Source: Candidatus Borrarchaeum weybense (GTDB taxonomy: Archaea > Asgardarchaeota > Sifarchaeia > Borrarchaeales > Borrarchaeaceae). Taken from it: a stretch of 64,000 nt of DNA. This document shows, piece after piece, positions 40,171-50,088 of this stretch. The stretch lies in NCBI GenBank assembly GCA_019057385.1, contig JAHQJS010000007.1, positions 512,001 through 576,000 on the forward strand. The letters run 5' to 3'. How positions within the stretch are numbered: the first letter of the stretch is position 1; each line of letters starts with the position of its first letter. The notes beneath the pieces are model-generated. The model worked only from the letters and a program-made list of their open reading frames with translations, ran no database searches and was not told where the DNA came from. The translations under genes and the position numbers were made by a program.

Positions 40171-40327
40171 TTCTTGCTACCTCCGTAATATTCTCCTCAG
40201 GCACTTTGCCAGATTGTAGTTCTTTTATGGTTTCAATAAATCCTTTCCTTAGAAGTTCAATATCTATAGGAAAATCCTTTGAAACCTTAATTTTATTAAG
40301 TAATTCAATAATATCAGTCAAGCTCAC
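40145..40327 (-). CDS. Small helical protein overlapping the start of the SMC-like gene
   Basis: GGAGGT SD, GTG start 7 nt after the upstream stop, overlaps the next start. Confidence 0.6.
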   Translation of the reverse strand: MSLTDIIELLNKIKVSKDFPIDIELLRKGFIETIKELQSGKVPEENITEVARIVNELLSS

Positions 40328-40334
40328 GAGTGTG

Positions 40335-41732
40335 CTACCTCCACTCTGGGATTATTTGCAGTTGTACTTTTGCTTTCATGCCTTCCTTTAGCCCAATACT
40401 TATTGCTGCCCTTTTTGGTATTGTTATTTCAAATCGGTGATTTGGATATCCTTTTCTGAATTCACGAACTTTTGTTTCGAAAATGCCCCCACTGACGTTT
40501 AATAGTTCATATTTTTCGATAAGTGTTTTCACAATAGACAGCGCTTCACTTTGTGTTCGTAAATTTCTTGTAAACAATAATTTGTCTTTATTTTTTTGAA
40601 CTTTTTGACTAAATTCCATTGAGTCAAGAAGGCGAATTTTTTGAACCGTATAAATACTATTTTCGCTAAATTCTGCCACTTTATCTTCAATTTGCTTAAG
40701 TTGATCTTCATCTATAAGTTTTGGAAACTCTATGTTGGGATACACTATATTTACGTCGATATTAAAGTGTTTATTAACCTTTAAAATTCGAATATCATAT
40801 GGAAATTTGACTACTCCCTTTTTCTGTAGAGATTCCTGTGCATTTTGAATCACATCATCCGAAGGAGTAATTAGATGAACATCCGAGATGCTAGTCTTTC
40901 CGATGATCACATTAAATACATCATCTTTTGAAAGAGATCTTTTCGCTTCATTTTCAATATACCATGAGTACAAACATACACTACTTTGGCAATAGACAGT
41001 CCAAGAGCTATCTTCATGTTCTATAAATGCTAAAGGTTCAGTTTCGCATTGAGGACAAAGATATTTTTTTTCCTTTTCGTCTTCATCTTCGATAATGCGT
41101 AGATAGGATTGTAATGCAGTCCAAATAGTTTCAGAAGCTGGAATGAGGCGAATCTCTACAAGTTTCTTAAGATATAGTATAATTTTCTTAGCTGTTGTGG
41201 ACTGTTTTTTTTGGATTGTTCGTAATTGATGTGGGGGTATTGGAGAATCAATATCGATCAAATCAAGATTTACCAGCTTTAATAAATTTAAACTAGCCTT
41301 ATCATAAGAAATTGACTTTTCTGTTTTTTTTAGAACTTCATATAAAGTAAATTTTCGCTTCTTTGTATTCAGATATTCATTTCGCATATATTCGTAGATT
41401 AAAAAGGTTTTTGTATCCTTTAAAGTATTTACTAAGTGATTAAATTCAACAGAAGTACTTAGATTGATATCTTCTGAGGAAATTGTATTGCCACTATCAA
41501 GATCGGTTATTAAAACAATTATTTCTTTGTTTTTGAAGAATAGCTGAACAAAAAACTTTTCCAGAATAAAATTATTTGCCAAGTTATTGAGTCTTTCTCT
41601 GAGTGAATGGATAGGTCTTCCAAGAATTTTTGCGGCTTTTTCCACTGAGAGACCCTTTTCTATCTTAATTAAATCTAGAATTTCCTGGTTTAGTCGTGAA
41701 GATAGGGTGCTTAAGAGTTCTGTTTCCTCCAG
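40335..41732 (-). CDS. Multi-domain DNA-binding-like protein: wHTH, zinc ribbon, C-terminal AbrB/SpoVT-like domain
   Basis: In-frame extension to CTG at 41732 with GGAGG SD; EILDLIK..GLSVEKAAKILG..LRERLNNL wHTH; CPQC...CQSSVC; RFEITIPKRAAISIGLKEGMKAKVQL. Confidence 0.65.
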   Translation of the reverse strand: MEETELLSTLSSRLNQEILDLIKIEKGLSVEKAAKILGRPIHSLRERLNNLANNFILEKFFVQLFFKNKEIIVLITDLDSGNTISSEDINLSTSVEFNHLVNTLKDTKTFLIYEYMRNEYLNTKKRKFTLYEVLKKTEKSISYDKASLNLLKLVNLDLIDIDSPIPPHQLRTIQKKQSTTAKKIILYLKKLVEIRLIPASETIWTALQSYLRIIEDEDEKEKKYLCPQCETEPLAFIEHEDSSWTVYCQSSVCLYSWYIENEAKRSLSKDDVFNVIIGKTSISDVHLITPSDDVIQNAQESLQKKGVVKFPYDIRILKVNKHFNIDVNIVYPNIEFPKLIDEDQLKQIEDKVAEFSENSIYTVQKIRLLDSMEFSQKVQKNKDKLLFTRNLRTQSEALSIVKTLIEKYELLNVSGGIFETKVREFRKGYPNHRFEITIPKRAAISIGLKEGMKAKVQLQIIPEWR

Positions 41733-41963
41733 TTGTAGTTCCTCCAGTTATATTTTGACAATTCAATTACAGAATAAGACTGCGCGCGCTTATAAATATT
41801 TTCTAAGGGCACTTCGCTTGATTTAATCACTTTGAAATTTCTTTCATTTGTTTTTGAATTTCTATGAGGAATGGAAAATTTATATTAAAGTAGAAATTGA
41901 CAAGTATTTCACATTACTATGAAAATCATATTTTGCATAATTTAACGCGGTGGAGGTGATCAA

Positions 41964-42248
41964 TTGTTTGGGCAAGTGCCAATCGACCTAAGTCAAGTAA
42001 AAGAAGAGAACATTGACAAAGAGATTTTAAGAACTGCAATAATTGCGGAATTGGATGCAATAAATGTTTATGAACAAATGGCAGCAAGGAGTAAAAATAC
42101 TGATCTCAAAATTGTTCTTATGGATATAGCGAATGAGGAAAAAACACATATGGGAGAATTCCTAGAACTTCTACTAAGATTAGATCCTCAACAAGTAAAG
42201 GAGCTCGCTGAAGGAAAAGGGGAAATTGAAGAATTACTTGGAAAATAG
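41964..42248 (+). CDS. Short ferritin-like/rubrerythrin-family protein
   Basis: AIIAELDAINVYEQ...DIANEEKTHMGEF (ExxH). Confidence 0.88.
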   Translation: MFGQVPIDLSQVKEENIDKEILRTAIIAELDAINVYEQMAARSKNTDLKIVLMDIANEEKTHMGEFLELLLRLDPQQVKELAEGKGEIEELLGK

Positions 42249-42333
42249 CGCTGAAATTATTGTCACATTAGGATAATTAATAAGGCATAATTTACAAATG
42301 AAAGGACATAAAAAGTGGATAGGTGAATTAAGA

Positions 42334-42711
42334 ATGGCAACCCTATATCAAACTGCAGATTGGAAAGCAGAGAAACATGTCCCAGTAATTGACGATCCTG
42401 TAAAAGAAGGAGATCTTTTCAAGGTAACCGTTAGTGTTGGCAAAGAGATAGCCCATCCGAATACTACTCAGCATCATATCCGATGGATAGACCTGATTTT
42501 CTGGCCAGAAGGCGAAAAATTTCCATACCAAATAGGCAAAACAGAATTTCTTGCTCATGGTGAATCAACTCAGGGTCCTGATACAAGCACAGTATATACA
42601 CATCACTGGACAACGTTTGCTTTCAAGACAGAAAAACGGGGAAAACTTATTGCTACCTCTCATTGCAACATTCACGGCCTTTGGCAAAGTGAAAAAGCAT
42701 TAATGGTCTAG
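42334..42711 (+). CDS. sor: Superoxide reductase (neelaredoxin, 1Fe-SOR)
   Basis: EKHVP, HPNTTQHHIRWI, CNIHGLW; AGGTGA SD before ATG at 42334. Confidence 0.92.
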   Translation: MATLYQTADWKAEKHVPVIDDPVKEGDLFKVTVSVGKEIAHPNTTQHHIRWIDLIFWPEGEKFPYQIGKTEFLAHGESTQGPDTSTVYTHHWTTFAFKTEKRGKLIATSHCNIHGLWQSEKALMV

Positions 42712-42862
42712 TAAACTCTAGCCTGTAAAATGCTGAATATCGCAATACCTTATTTCTACTATTTTTTTATTAGCATTTTAATTTTTAAATGAACTGTACT
42801 GGTTTTAACATTAATTAAATTGCTTAATTTGTGTATACATCTAAGTTTTTTAAAGAGATTCA

Positions 42863-44059
42863 ATGTTATTAGAAGACAGGAACAATTTGAGGAGATTCTT
42901 AATGACAAAAATTAGTGAAATATGGATTGACGCTGATAAATGTATGCGCTGCGCAAATTGTTTGGCAAGTTGCCCAGTATTAACAACTGCGGGATTTAGT
43001 GCCTTCCCTGGTCCTCGAAACGTGATGGGAGAAGCTCCAAGACCATTTGAAGAAATTGATGCAACACGTGATCTGTTTCACCTCTGTACAACATGTGGAC
43101 ACTGTAGAGAAGTTTGTCCTTCTGGAATAAATACCCCACAAGCAATGAGCCTCTTAAGAGAAGCAGTAGCCAAGAAAGGCTATGAGGACTTCTACATTCA
43201 GGCAGCAGCAAAATCTACCATGAAATTTAAGAACCCCTACACGAAAGAGCAAATAGAGAGGTGCGAATGGTCAAAAGGATTTCAATTTTCTAAAACCTCA
43301 AATATTCTGTTTTATGCAGGTTGCACTTACTCTTTCAATTACCCTGAGGTGTTAAAATCAACGATCGATATTCTTCAAAGAGCCGATATAGAAGTGCAGT
43401 ATCTGCAGGAGAAAGAAGAATGCTGTGGTATCATGCTGTACGATGGTGGTTACCTTGAGGAGTTTCAAGCTCAAGTTAAGACAAACATAAAGAGATTTGA
43501 AGAAGCAGGTATAGATTTGCTTGTAACACCCTGCCCCGGCTGTTATGGAATGATTAAACGAGAGTACTCGAAGTTTGCTGATTATAATTTTCGTGTACAA
43601 CATTTCACTGAATTTCTAATAGAGCTGATTAATCAAGGTAAGCTAAAATTAAAAGACTATAATGCTACGGTCACTTGGCATGATCCATGTCATTTATCAC
43701 GAAAAATGCGAATTTTTGACGAACCAAGACAAATTATTGAATCAATTCCAGGTTTAACATTCAAGGAAATGCCAAATACAAAATATGACAGTTTTTGCTG
43801 TGGCGCAGGTGGTGCGGTACTCGCATCAAGAGCAGATGTCTCAATAAAGTTAGCGAAACGGCGCGTTAGTGAAGCTGTAAATATTGGCGCTAACATAATC
43901 TTAACGATGTGTCCAGCATGTGAATCTATTTTAGAAAAGGCAATTCGTTATCTCGCTTGGGAAGACATGGATGACGAGGATGAGGAGGATTTCGACCTCT
44001 CTGATTCCCGTGTAAAATTAATGGATCTATCTACACTGATTTCCCAGTGCATAGCTTGA
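42863..44059 (+). CDS. Fe-S oxidoreductase with CCG domains (GlpC/HdrD-like)
   Basis: CMRCANCLASCP, CTTCGHCREVCP, ECCG, HDPCHL, FCCGAGG. Confidence 0.88.
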   Translation: MLLEDRNNLRRFLMTKISEIWIDADKCMRCANCLASCPVLTTAGFSAFPGPRNVMGEAPRPFEEIDATRDLFHLCTTCGHCREVCPSGINTPQAMSLLREAVAKKGYEDFYIQAAAKSTMKFKNPYTKEQIERCEWSKGFQFSKTSNILFYAGCTYSFNYPEVLKSTIDILQRADIEVQYLQEKEECCGIMLYDGGYLEEFQAQVKTNIKRFEEAGIDLLVTPCPGCYGMIKREYSKFADYNFRVQHFTEFLIELINQGKLKLKDYNATVTWHDPCHLSRKMRIFDEPRQIIESIPGLTFKEMPNTKYDSFCCGAGGAVLASRADVSIKLAKRRVSEAVNIGANIILTMCPACESILEKAIRYLAWEDMDDEDEEDFDLSDSRVKLMDLSTLISQCIA

Positions 44060-44096
44060 GTTATCTTCTTATTTTTAGTTTTTCACGCAATCAAAA

Positions 44097-44615
44097 GTGA
44101 AGGGATTCCGACGAAAGCACGCATTTTGACTTTCTGCCGATTTTTATATATTTTTCAATTATGAAATATATTGAGCGCTTAGAGATCGTACCAACCTTAC
44201 AATCATTTATAAAACTGTGGAATTATTAACAATATCCCACATTTTATAATAATTCTCAATCATTCCGTTAGTGGATAGACCAGCCTTAAGGTTATCAGGC
44301 TGTGCACTCGTCACCGAGTTCAAGACATGTTTCATCAATATCGTTTTTTTCAATATTTCGAGAGTCTTGAAGGAGGTTATCCTGCTTTGCTTGAAGAGAT
44401 CATGGATCATCGACCATATACGGTAAGGACTGCCCTGTTTCACACGGGGCTCGATAAACTCCCCGACTTGTGAGAGCACCCAATCATAGATGGCTGGAAT
44501 TGCTTCCTTAAATCCAAGCCCTCTTCGAGCTATTACATAACTTGCTAAATGATGGACTGACAAATTATGTAATCTTGAATACTTGTATTTTCCGATTATA
44601 GAGGTATATTGATGT
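44097..44615 (-). pseudogene. 3' remnant of a TnpB-related (IS200/IS605 accessory) gene plus probable right end
   Basis: YTSIIGKYKYSRLHNLSVHHLASYVIARRGLGFKE; downstream sequence ends in TTCAC (minus strand) at 44097. Confidence 0.7.
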
Positions 44616-44826
44616 TTTCTTCGGATTTATGTAAATCCTCAACATTCTCCTTCTTCTCGATCTACTTTATAAAGCCCGCTATTTTTTTAAAAAAACTATA
44701 AAAAGCTAAAAAATTATTTGCAGAAACTCACAATTAATTACAAAGAAACCGACTAAAATGATATTCTGATGAAATCATATTATTAGAGTTTGCTTTGATA
44801 CTATACAAGCAAGATAAGAATTCTAG

Positions 44827-46131
44827 TTGATCATAACGAAGATGATGAAGATACCAATAGATTTAAGTATTAAAAGCCCTAGTTCGATGTGGAATATCTA
44901 TCTATCTATTGTAAATGTAACACACCAACTGGGTGTGTGTGTGAGAATGGATTCTGTTGTGAAACCATTGCTGGAAAACGATGTGGATGTATTTGAATCA
45001 TCCGTTCGACTTTTAGTGGACCAGGGAAAAGCCTCAGTGGATTCTGTACTCAGTCGTTCAGACGACTTTATTGACATCTGTAAAATGATGAAAAAGGCTA
45101 AAGAAGACGGGAAAACCATTCATATTACAGGGATGGGAAGGTCTGGAAAATCAGGAATGCTAACTGGAGAGCTACTAAAAAATATTGGTTTTCATGTGAG
45201 TTATATTGGAAAGACACTTGCGCGTCCAATCAGAGAGGGAGATATAGCGATCGCCTTCTCGGGGAGCGGCTGGACTAGAGAAACTTGTGCAGATATAGAT
45301 TATGCCATACAAAAGGGTGCTACAATAATTGGTATCACAGCTGACCTAAGATCAAAAATTGGAAGGATTTCAGACGTTGTACTTAGACTTCCTGGTAAGA
45401 CGGACATTCCTGAAGGGTCTAGATATGTTACAAAGCAGATGGAACAGATTATTAAAACACCTTTAGCACCAATGGGTACAACATTCGAATTATGTGTGAT
45501 TCTATTCGGAGCGGGACTAATAGGGGGGCTTTATTCTACTTCAGACTATATAGAAGGTTTCAAAACGATTTCAACCAAAATGTTATCCGACCTCGACTGG
45601 ACATTATCAGACCTGCTAAGTTATCAAAATAATCGAGCGCAGCTTATTGATGTGATCCATCTATTTGAAAATGCGATCATGAATAGACATCCATCATACT
45701 GGATTGGCAGCGGGTTGACAGATATCGTTGCTGGGATGCACGCCATGAGATTCCAACATCTTAAGTCAGATGTTGAACTCACCTATGATTGGAGATTCCG
45801 TGAAAAAAATCATTTGCTAGTTCTGATAAGTGGAAGTGGTGAAACACCATCAATTCTACATTATGCAAATGATGCACGAGAAATCGGTATGAATGTGCTT
45901 GGGATAACAGCGTATATGCCTTCTTCACTTAGCAAAATGTGTACACATACACTTGTAGTTCATGGCAGAGATTCACGCGAATCGGCTTATAATAAGAGAA
46001 TCAATGGTTCAGCTGAGTTGTTTTTACCGGCATTTGAATACTCTACAGCTAATGTTCTAGATGGGATCGTTGCACAATTAGCATTCAACCTTGGCGTTTC
46101 AGAACATGAAATGGAGTATGAACACGCATAG
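44827..46131 (+). CDS. Tandem SIS-domain protein, 6-phospho-3-hexuloisomerase-like (likely start 44947)
   Basis: TGMGRSG, AFSGSGWT, PLAPMGTTFE; second SIS domain GSGLT, ISGSGET, PAFEY. Confidence 0.82.
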   Translation: MIITKMMKIPIDLSIKSPSSMWNIYLSIVNVTHQLGVCVRMDSVVKPLLENDVDVFESSVRLLVDQGKASVDSVLSRSDDFIDICKMMKKAKEDGKTIHITGMGRSGKSGMLTGELLKNIGFHVSYIGKTLARPIREGDIAIAFSGSGWTRETCADIDYAIQKGATIIGITADLRSKIGRISDVVLRLPGKTDIPEGSRYVTKQMEQIIKTPLAPMGTTFELCVILFGAGLIGGLYSTSDYIEGFKTISTKMLSDLDWTLSDLLSYQNNRAQLIDVIHLFENAIMNRHPSYWIGSGLTDIVAGMHAMRFQHLKSDVELTYDWRFREKNHLLVLISGSGETPSILHYANDAREIGMNVLGITAYMPSSLSKMCTHTLVVHGRDSRESAYNKRINGSAELFLPAFEYSTANVLDGIVAQLAFNLGVSEHEMEYEHA

Positions 46132-46180
46132 GGAAGTCTAAAACTTTCCCTGGTCTTTTTTTTTAATAATATAATGGTGC

Positions 46181-46930
46181 TTAGATGTGCGAACATGCCT
46201 CGCAATCGTCTTGTCTTTTGATTTGCATTATGTCAAAAGACATAGCTTCTCCATCAAAAATCAGCAAGCGACCTGTTAGGGGAGTTCCTATTCCAAGAAC
46301 CAGTTTAAATGCTTCCATTGCTTGAAGTGTAGCAAGGACAGCTGGAGTTGCACCAAGAACGGGAAATTTCTTTTGTTCCATAGGTGGATTAGGGAATATA
46401 CATTTTAAGCATGGGCCTTTTCCTGGCACGATCGTAGTTAATTGACCTTCAAGTCCATAGATGCCGGCATGAACAAAGGGAATTTTATAATGAGTACAGG
46501 CATCATTTATGAGATATCTTGTATTAAAATTGTCCATTGCGTCAATTACAACAGTAGCACCTTTTACCAAGTCAAATATGTTTTCCTCGGTAATTTCAAG
46601 AGGTAAGGCCTCAATAACTATATCAGAATTCATTTGTATTAATTTTTCTTTTGCAGAGATTGCTTTATCTTTACCTATATCCTTTTCCCAATGTAGAATT
46701 TGTCTATTCAGATTTGAGAGATCAGGTTTATCTTTGTCAATTAGTACAAGATGGCCGACACCACCCACTGCAAGATATATTGAAACAGGACACCCGAGCC
46801 CCCCAACGCCCATTACTACAATTTTAGATTTCTTAAGAATTTTTTGGCCTTCAACTCCCCAACCTTTGATCATCATTTGTCGATCATATCGTTCCAGTTC
46901 CGATGGTTTCAAATCCTCTGAATGACTCAT
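46181..46930 (-). CDS. HesA/MoeB/ThiF E1-like activating enzyme (UbaA-like)
   Basis: RYDRQ, GVGGLG, SNLNRQ, DAMDN, CLKC, CEAC. Confidence 0.92.
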   Translation of the reverse strand: MSHSEDLKPSELERYDRQMMIKGWGVEGQKILKKSKIVVMGVGGLGCPVSIYLAVGGVGHLVLIDKDKPDLSNLNRQILHWEKDIGKDKAISAKEKLIQMNSDIVIEALPLEITEENIFDLVKGATVVIDAMDNFNTRYLINDACTHYKIPFVHAGIYGLEGQLTTIVPGKGPCLKCIFPNPPMEQKKFPVLGATPAVLATLQAMEAFKLVLGIGTPLTGRLLIFDGEAMSFDIMQIKRQDDCEACSHI

Positions 46931-47075
46931 TTCTTTCGCCTTCTGTAATTATGACAATGGGTTAATATAAATTAAAAAGTTTTATGATACTTGTTCTTTT
47001 GCTACCGCTTTTAGGTTTTCCCTAAAAAAGGCATCTTTTTCTATAAGAACTCTATATCCTTTACGACGGATTAAT

Positions 47076-49061
47076 TTACATAAAAAGCGAAAGAAGTCGA
47101 AAAGCAATTCCACCTAGAATAAGTGCTAACGCGATATCAACAAAAACTATTATTAGAGTTCTTTTCCAGCCAAATTCACGTAACAATGCTCCTATAGTGG
47201 CTATGCAGGGTATGTAAATCATCGTGACAAGAGCAAAAACAATCATTTGCACTGGAGTGAGAACCAGATCAAAATTAACTGTACCCGCTATGTCTGCCAA
47301 TAATATTAATGTTAATTCCCTTCTTAAGATTCCAAACACTAAAGGAATCGAAGTGATATCTGGAAGTCCCAGCCATCCCGTAACGACAGGTGCCATCACA
47401 ATACCAATTAAATTGAGAAGCCCAAATATTCGAAATACTTCTATTAGTAAACTTCCTGAAATAATTAAAGGAAATGCGATATACACAAAATCCTTGCTTC
47501 TATGCCAAGTCTTAGTAACCACTACTTTTATCGAGGGCATCTTATAAGGCGGCATCTCCATAATTAGACCCATAGGTTCACCAGGGACTGTTTTAAATGC
47601 AATTCGTCCTAAAATAAAAATCAAAATCAAATTAAAAACATATAACCCCATTGCCCACCCAAAACCAAGATATCGACCCACTAATCCGATTATTACTACA
47701 GTACGAGCAGCACATGGAATTAAGACTACCACAAACCCTGCAAGTAGCCGTTCTCTATCTGTTTCCATTATACGACAGCCAACGCAGGCAGGGACACTGC
47801 AACCATATCCAAGAATTAATGGAATGAATGCCTTTCCATGGAGACCAATCTTATGCATAATATTGTCCATTAAAAATGCAGCTCGAGGTAGATATCCTGT
47901 GTCCTCTAAAAACGATAGAATAATGTAAAATGGAACGATAAAAGGTAACGCAATGGTTATTCCTGCAATTATTCCTTCTACTAAACCACGAGATATCAAA
48001 CTAACTGCTACTGGAGGCAAACCAGCATTTAATAGTATTATTTCAAGTTGTGGCAGCATTAAATCATAAAATAAACTTTCTAAAAGACTGATTAAGAAAT
48101 CTCCAACACCAAAAACGATAGCAAACATTAGAGCCATTATTCCAATTAAAATAGGATATCCGAGGATTCGATGAGAGGTAAGACTGTCTAGTTTTTCCTC
48201 AAGAGAAAGTTGCGGTGGAGAAACGAACTCTTGAGATTCATGAGCGATACGATTTGCAATATTATATCTTTCAGCAGCTATTGCTACTGGAGCGATATGT
48301 CCATGCAAATCTTCAATCTTCACAATAAATTCACGCGCTAATTCGAGTACAGATGATCCATTTTCTTCTTCTTGTACTTTCTTCACAATAATTTCATCTT
48401 TTTCTAGCAGTTTAATACTTAACCATCGTGTAGCATAAAGTTTAGAAAGTTTTGGAAGATTATTCTCGATTTTTTCTTTTAATAGTCCTATATATTTCTC
48501 AATTTCAGTCCCATATTTTGCTGGCTTAAGATCTACTTTTGTTTTCCCTTCTGCAACAGAAACTACTTTTGAAATTAATTCACTTATCCCTATACCCGAA
48601 ATAGCTGTAGTTGGAACGACCGGGATGTCATTTAATAACTTTGATAGCTTTTCACAGTCTAAACAAATACCTTTCTTTGCGCAAAAATCCATTTGATTAC
48701 ATGCAATAATAACTGGGACTTCAAGCTCAAGTAATTGAACAGTAAAATACAAATTTCTTTCTAAATTAGAGGCATCTACGACATTGATAATAATATCTGG
48801 CTGTTCTAAGGCTATATATTCGCGAGATACAACTTCTTCAAGGCTATATGCACTCAAACTGTAAATTCCTGGCAAATCAATTACATGAATAGTGTACCCT
48901 TCAAAATAAAGTGTCCCTTCAGCTCGTTCTACCGTCTTTCCAGGCCAATTACCCGTAACTTGATTTAGGCCAGTTAACTGGTTAAATACAACGCTCTTCC
49001 CGACATTTGCATTCCCAGCTAAGGCGATGCGTAAGACTTTCTTCTCTTCCAAGAAAATCAC
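47076..49061 (-). CDS. feoB: Ferrous iron transporter B
   Basis: GNANVGKS, GNWPGKTVE, DLPG, NLERN, FLEDTGY, GYGCSVPA, IPCAAR, YIPCIAT. Confidence 0.95.
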   Translation of the reverse strand: MIFLEEKKVLRIALAGNANVGKSVVFNQLTGLNQVTGNWPGKTVERAEGTLYFEGYTIHVIDLPGIYSLSAYSLEEVVSREYIALEQPDIIINVVDASNLERNLYFTVQLLELEVPVIIACNQMDFCAKKGICLDCEKLSKLLNDIPVVPTTAISGIGISELISKVVSVAEGKTKVDLKPAKYGTEIEKYIGLLKEKIENNLPKLSKLYATRWLSIKLLEKDEIIVKKVQEEENGSSVLELAREFIVKIEDLHGHIAPVAIAAERYNIANRIAHESQEFVSPPQLSLEEKLDSLTSHRILGYPILIGIMALMFAIVFGVGDFLISLLESLFYDLMLPQLEIILLNAGLPPVAVSLISRGLVEGIIAGITIALPFIVPFYIILSFLEDTGYLPRAAFLMDNIMHKIGLHGKAFIPLILGYGCSVPACVGCRIMETDRERLLAGFVVVLIPCAARTVVIIGLVGRYLGFGWAMGLYVFNLILIFILGRIAFKTVPGEPMGLIMEMPPYKMPSIKVVVTKTWHRSKDFVYIAFPLIISGSLLIEVFRIFGLLNLIGIVMAPVVTGWLGLPDITSIPLVFGILRRELTLILLADIAGTVNFDLVLTPVQMIVFALVTMIYIPCIATIGALLREFGWKRTLIIVFVDIALALILGGIAFRLLSLFM

Positions 49062-49753
49062 CGGCTTTTTTGCATTGCCAAACGGGTTCGTATACTTAAT
49101 TCTCCTACAGGTTTAACAAAAATTCTTTTAGCTATCTTGTTGCCAATCGCAAGACATGTGTTGCGGATACAGATTTCAATTGGTCCATGAAACGGCGCTT
49201 TGTTATTGATTGTTATTTCGGCCCCGGGAGTCAACCCTAGGTCAGCAAGTCTTTGTACTTGCCCTCTACCTCCAAACATAAACTGAATAATACCCTTTTC
49301 TCCAGTATGGAGATATGCAAGAGGTAGTATGTCTTCTATCCGTCCTTCAATTTCCTCAAGATTGCGATAAAAATAACTTATATTTGAATTATTAAGTCCA
49401 TGTCTATCCCAATCAATGAACTCATCGTTCATTTTTCCATGGTGGTGTCTTTTACCACCTCTACCTCTCCTAATCATATTTCGAAGGCCTTTTCTCGGAT
49501 GTATAAACCGATCATGTAAATATTTTTCTCTGTGGATTCTTAAGACCTCTTTTCCTTTCTTTGTGACCTTAAAAATACCTTTATCTTTAGAAATCAAATC
49601 ATTAGACTGAGCAATCGCTATAACATTTTCAATATCCGAAACAGGAACTCCTAACTCATCAGCAATCTTTTGAAGAGGAAATGACTCTCCACCATTGACA
49701 TTTATTAGTTCAAGAAAACATGGGATGAGTTCTTCCAATTTCTGGATAGACAT
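49058..49753 (-). CDS. feoA: FeoA-domain protein with N-terminal winged HTH (DtxR-like architecture)
   Basis: C-terminal QRLADLGLTPG...APFHGPI...AIG; N-terminal IADELGV..TKKGKE wHTH; His-rich linker. Confidence 0.75.
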   Translation of the reverse strand: MSIQKLEELIPCFLELINVNGGESFPLQKIADELGVPVSDIENVIAIAQSNDLISKDKGIFKVTKKGKEVLRIHREKYLHDRFIHPRKGLRNMIRRGRGGKRHHHGKMNDEFIDWDRHGLNNSNISYFYRNLEEIEGRIEDILPLAYLHTGEKGIIQFMFGGRGQVQRLADLGLTPGAEITINNKAPFHGPIEICIRNTCLAIGNKIAKRIFVKPVGELSIRTRLAMQKSR

Positions 49754-49828
49754 GCAGTCACCTAATCTAATTTGCTATACGAATTTTTCTTTTTTGACAT
49801 GCTAATAATTTATACTATATAAATAAAT

Positions 49829-49844
49829 TTTAGGAATACCTAAA
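49829..49844. promoter_or_regulatory. Palindrome TTTAGG-AATA-CCTAAA, DtxR/IdeR-type metal-regulator box upstream of feoAB
   Basis: Perfect 6-bp inverted repeat beside the TATA-like TTTATATA at ~49815-49823 (minus strand). Confidence 0.6.
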
Positions 49845-50088
49845 TCTTATTGATTTAAAAAGCTTCTTATATTTTTTTGTATCTACAGAGGATTTTACTA
49901 ATAGAGTGATTAAAGAACACCTTTGAAAGAAATTCTAAAGACTTAGCTATCTTTTTCTTTTAGATTGCTTTTTTAGAGCTACATGAGACCGTTGCGATAA
50001 AACAAAAAGATATATTCTCACTTTTCTAAACTATAGATATTCCATTGTCATAAAATGGTGTAACGAAACATAGAGAGGAGGCACAAAC

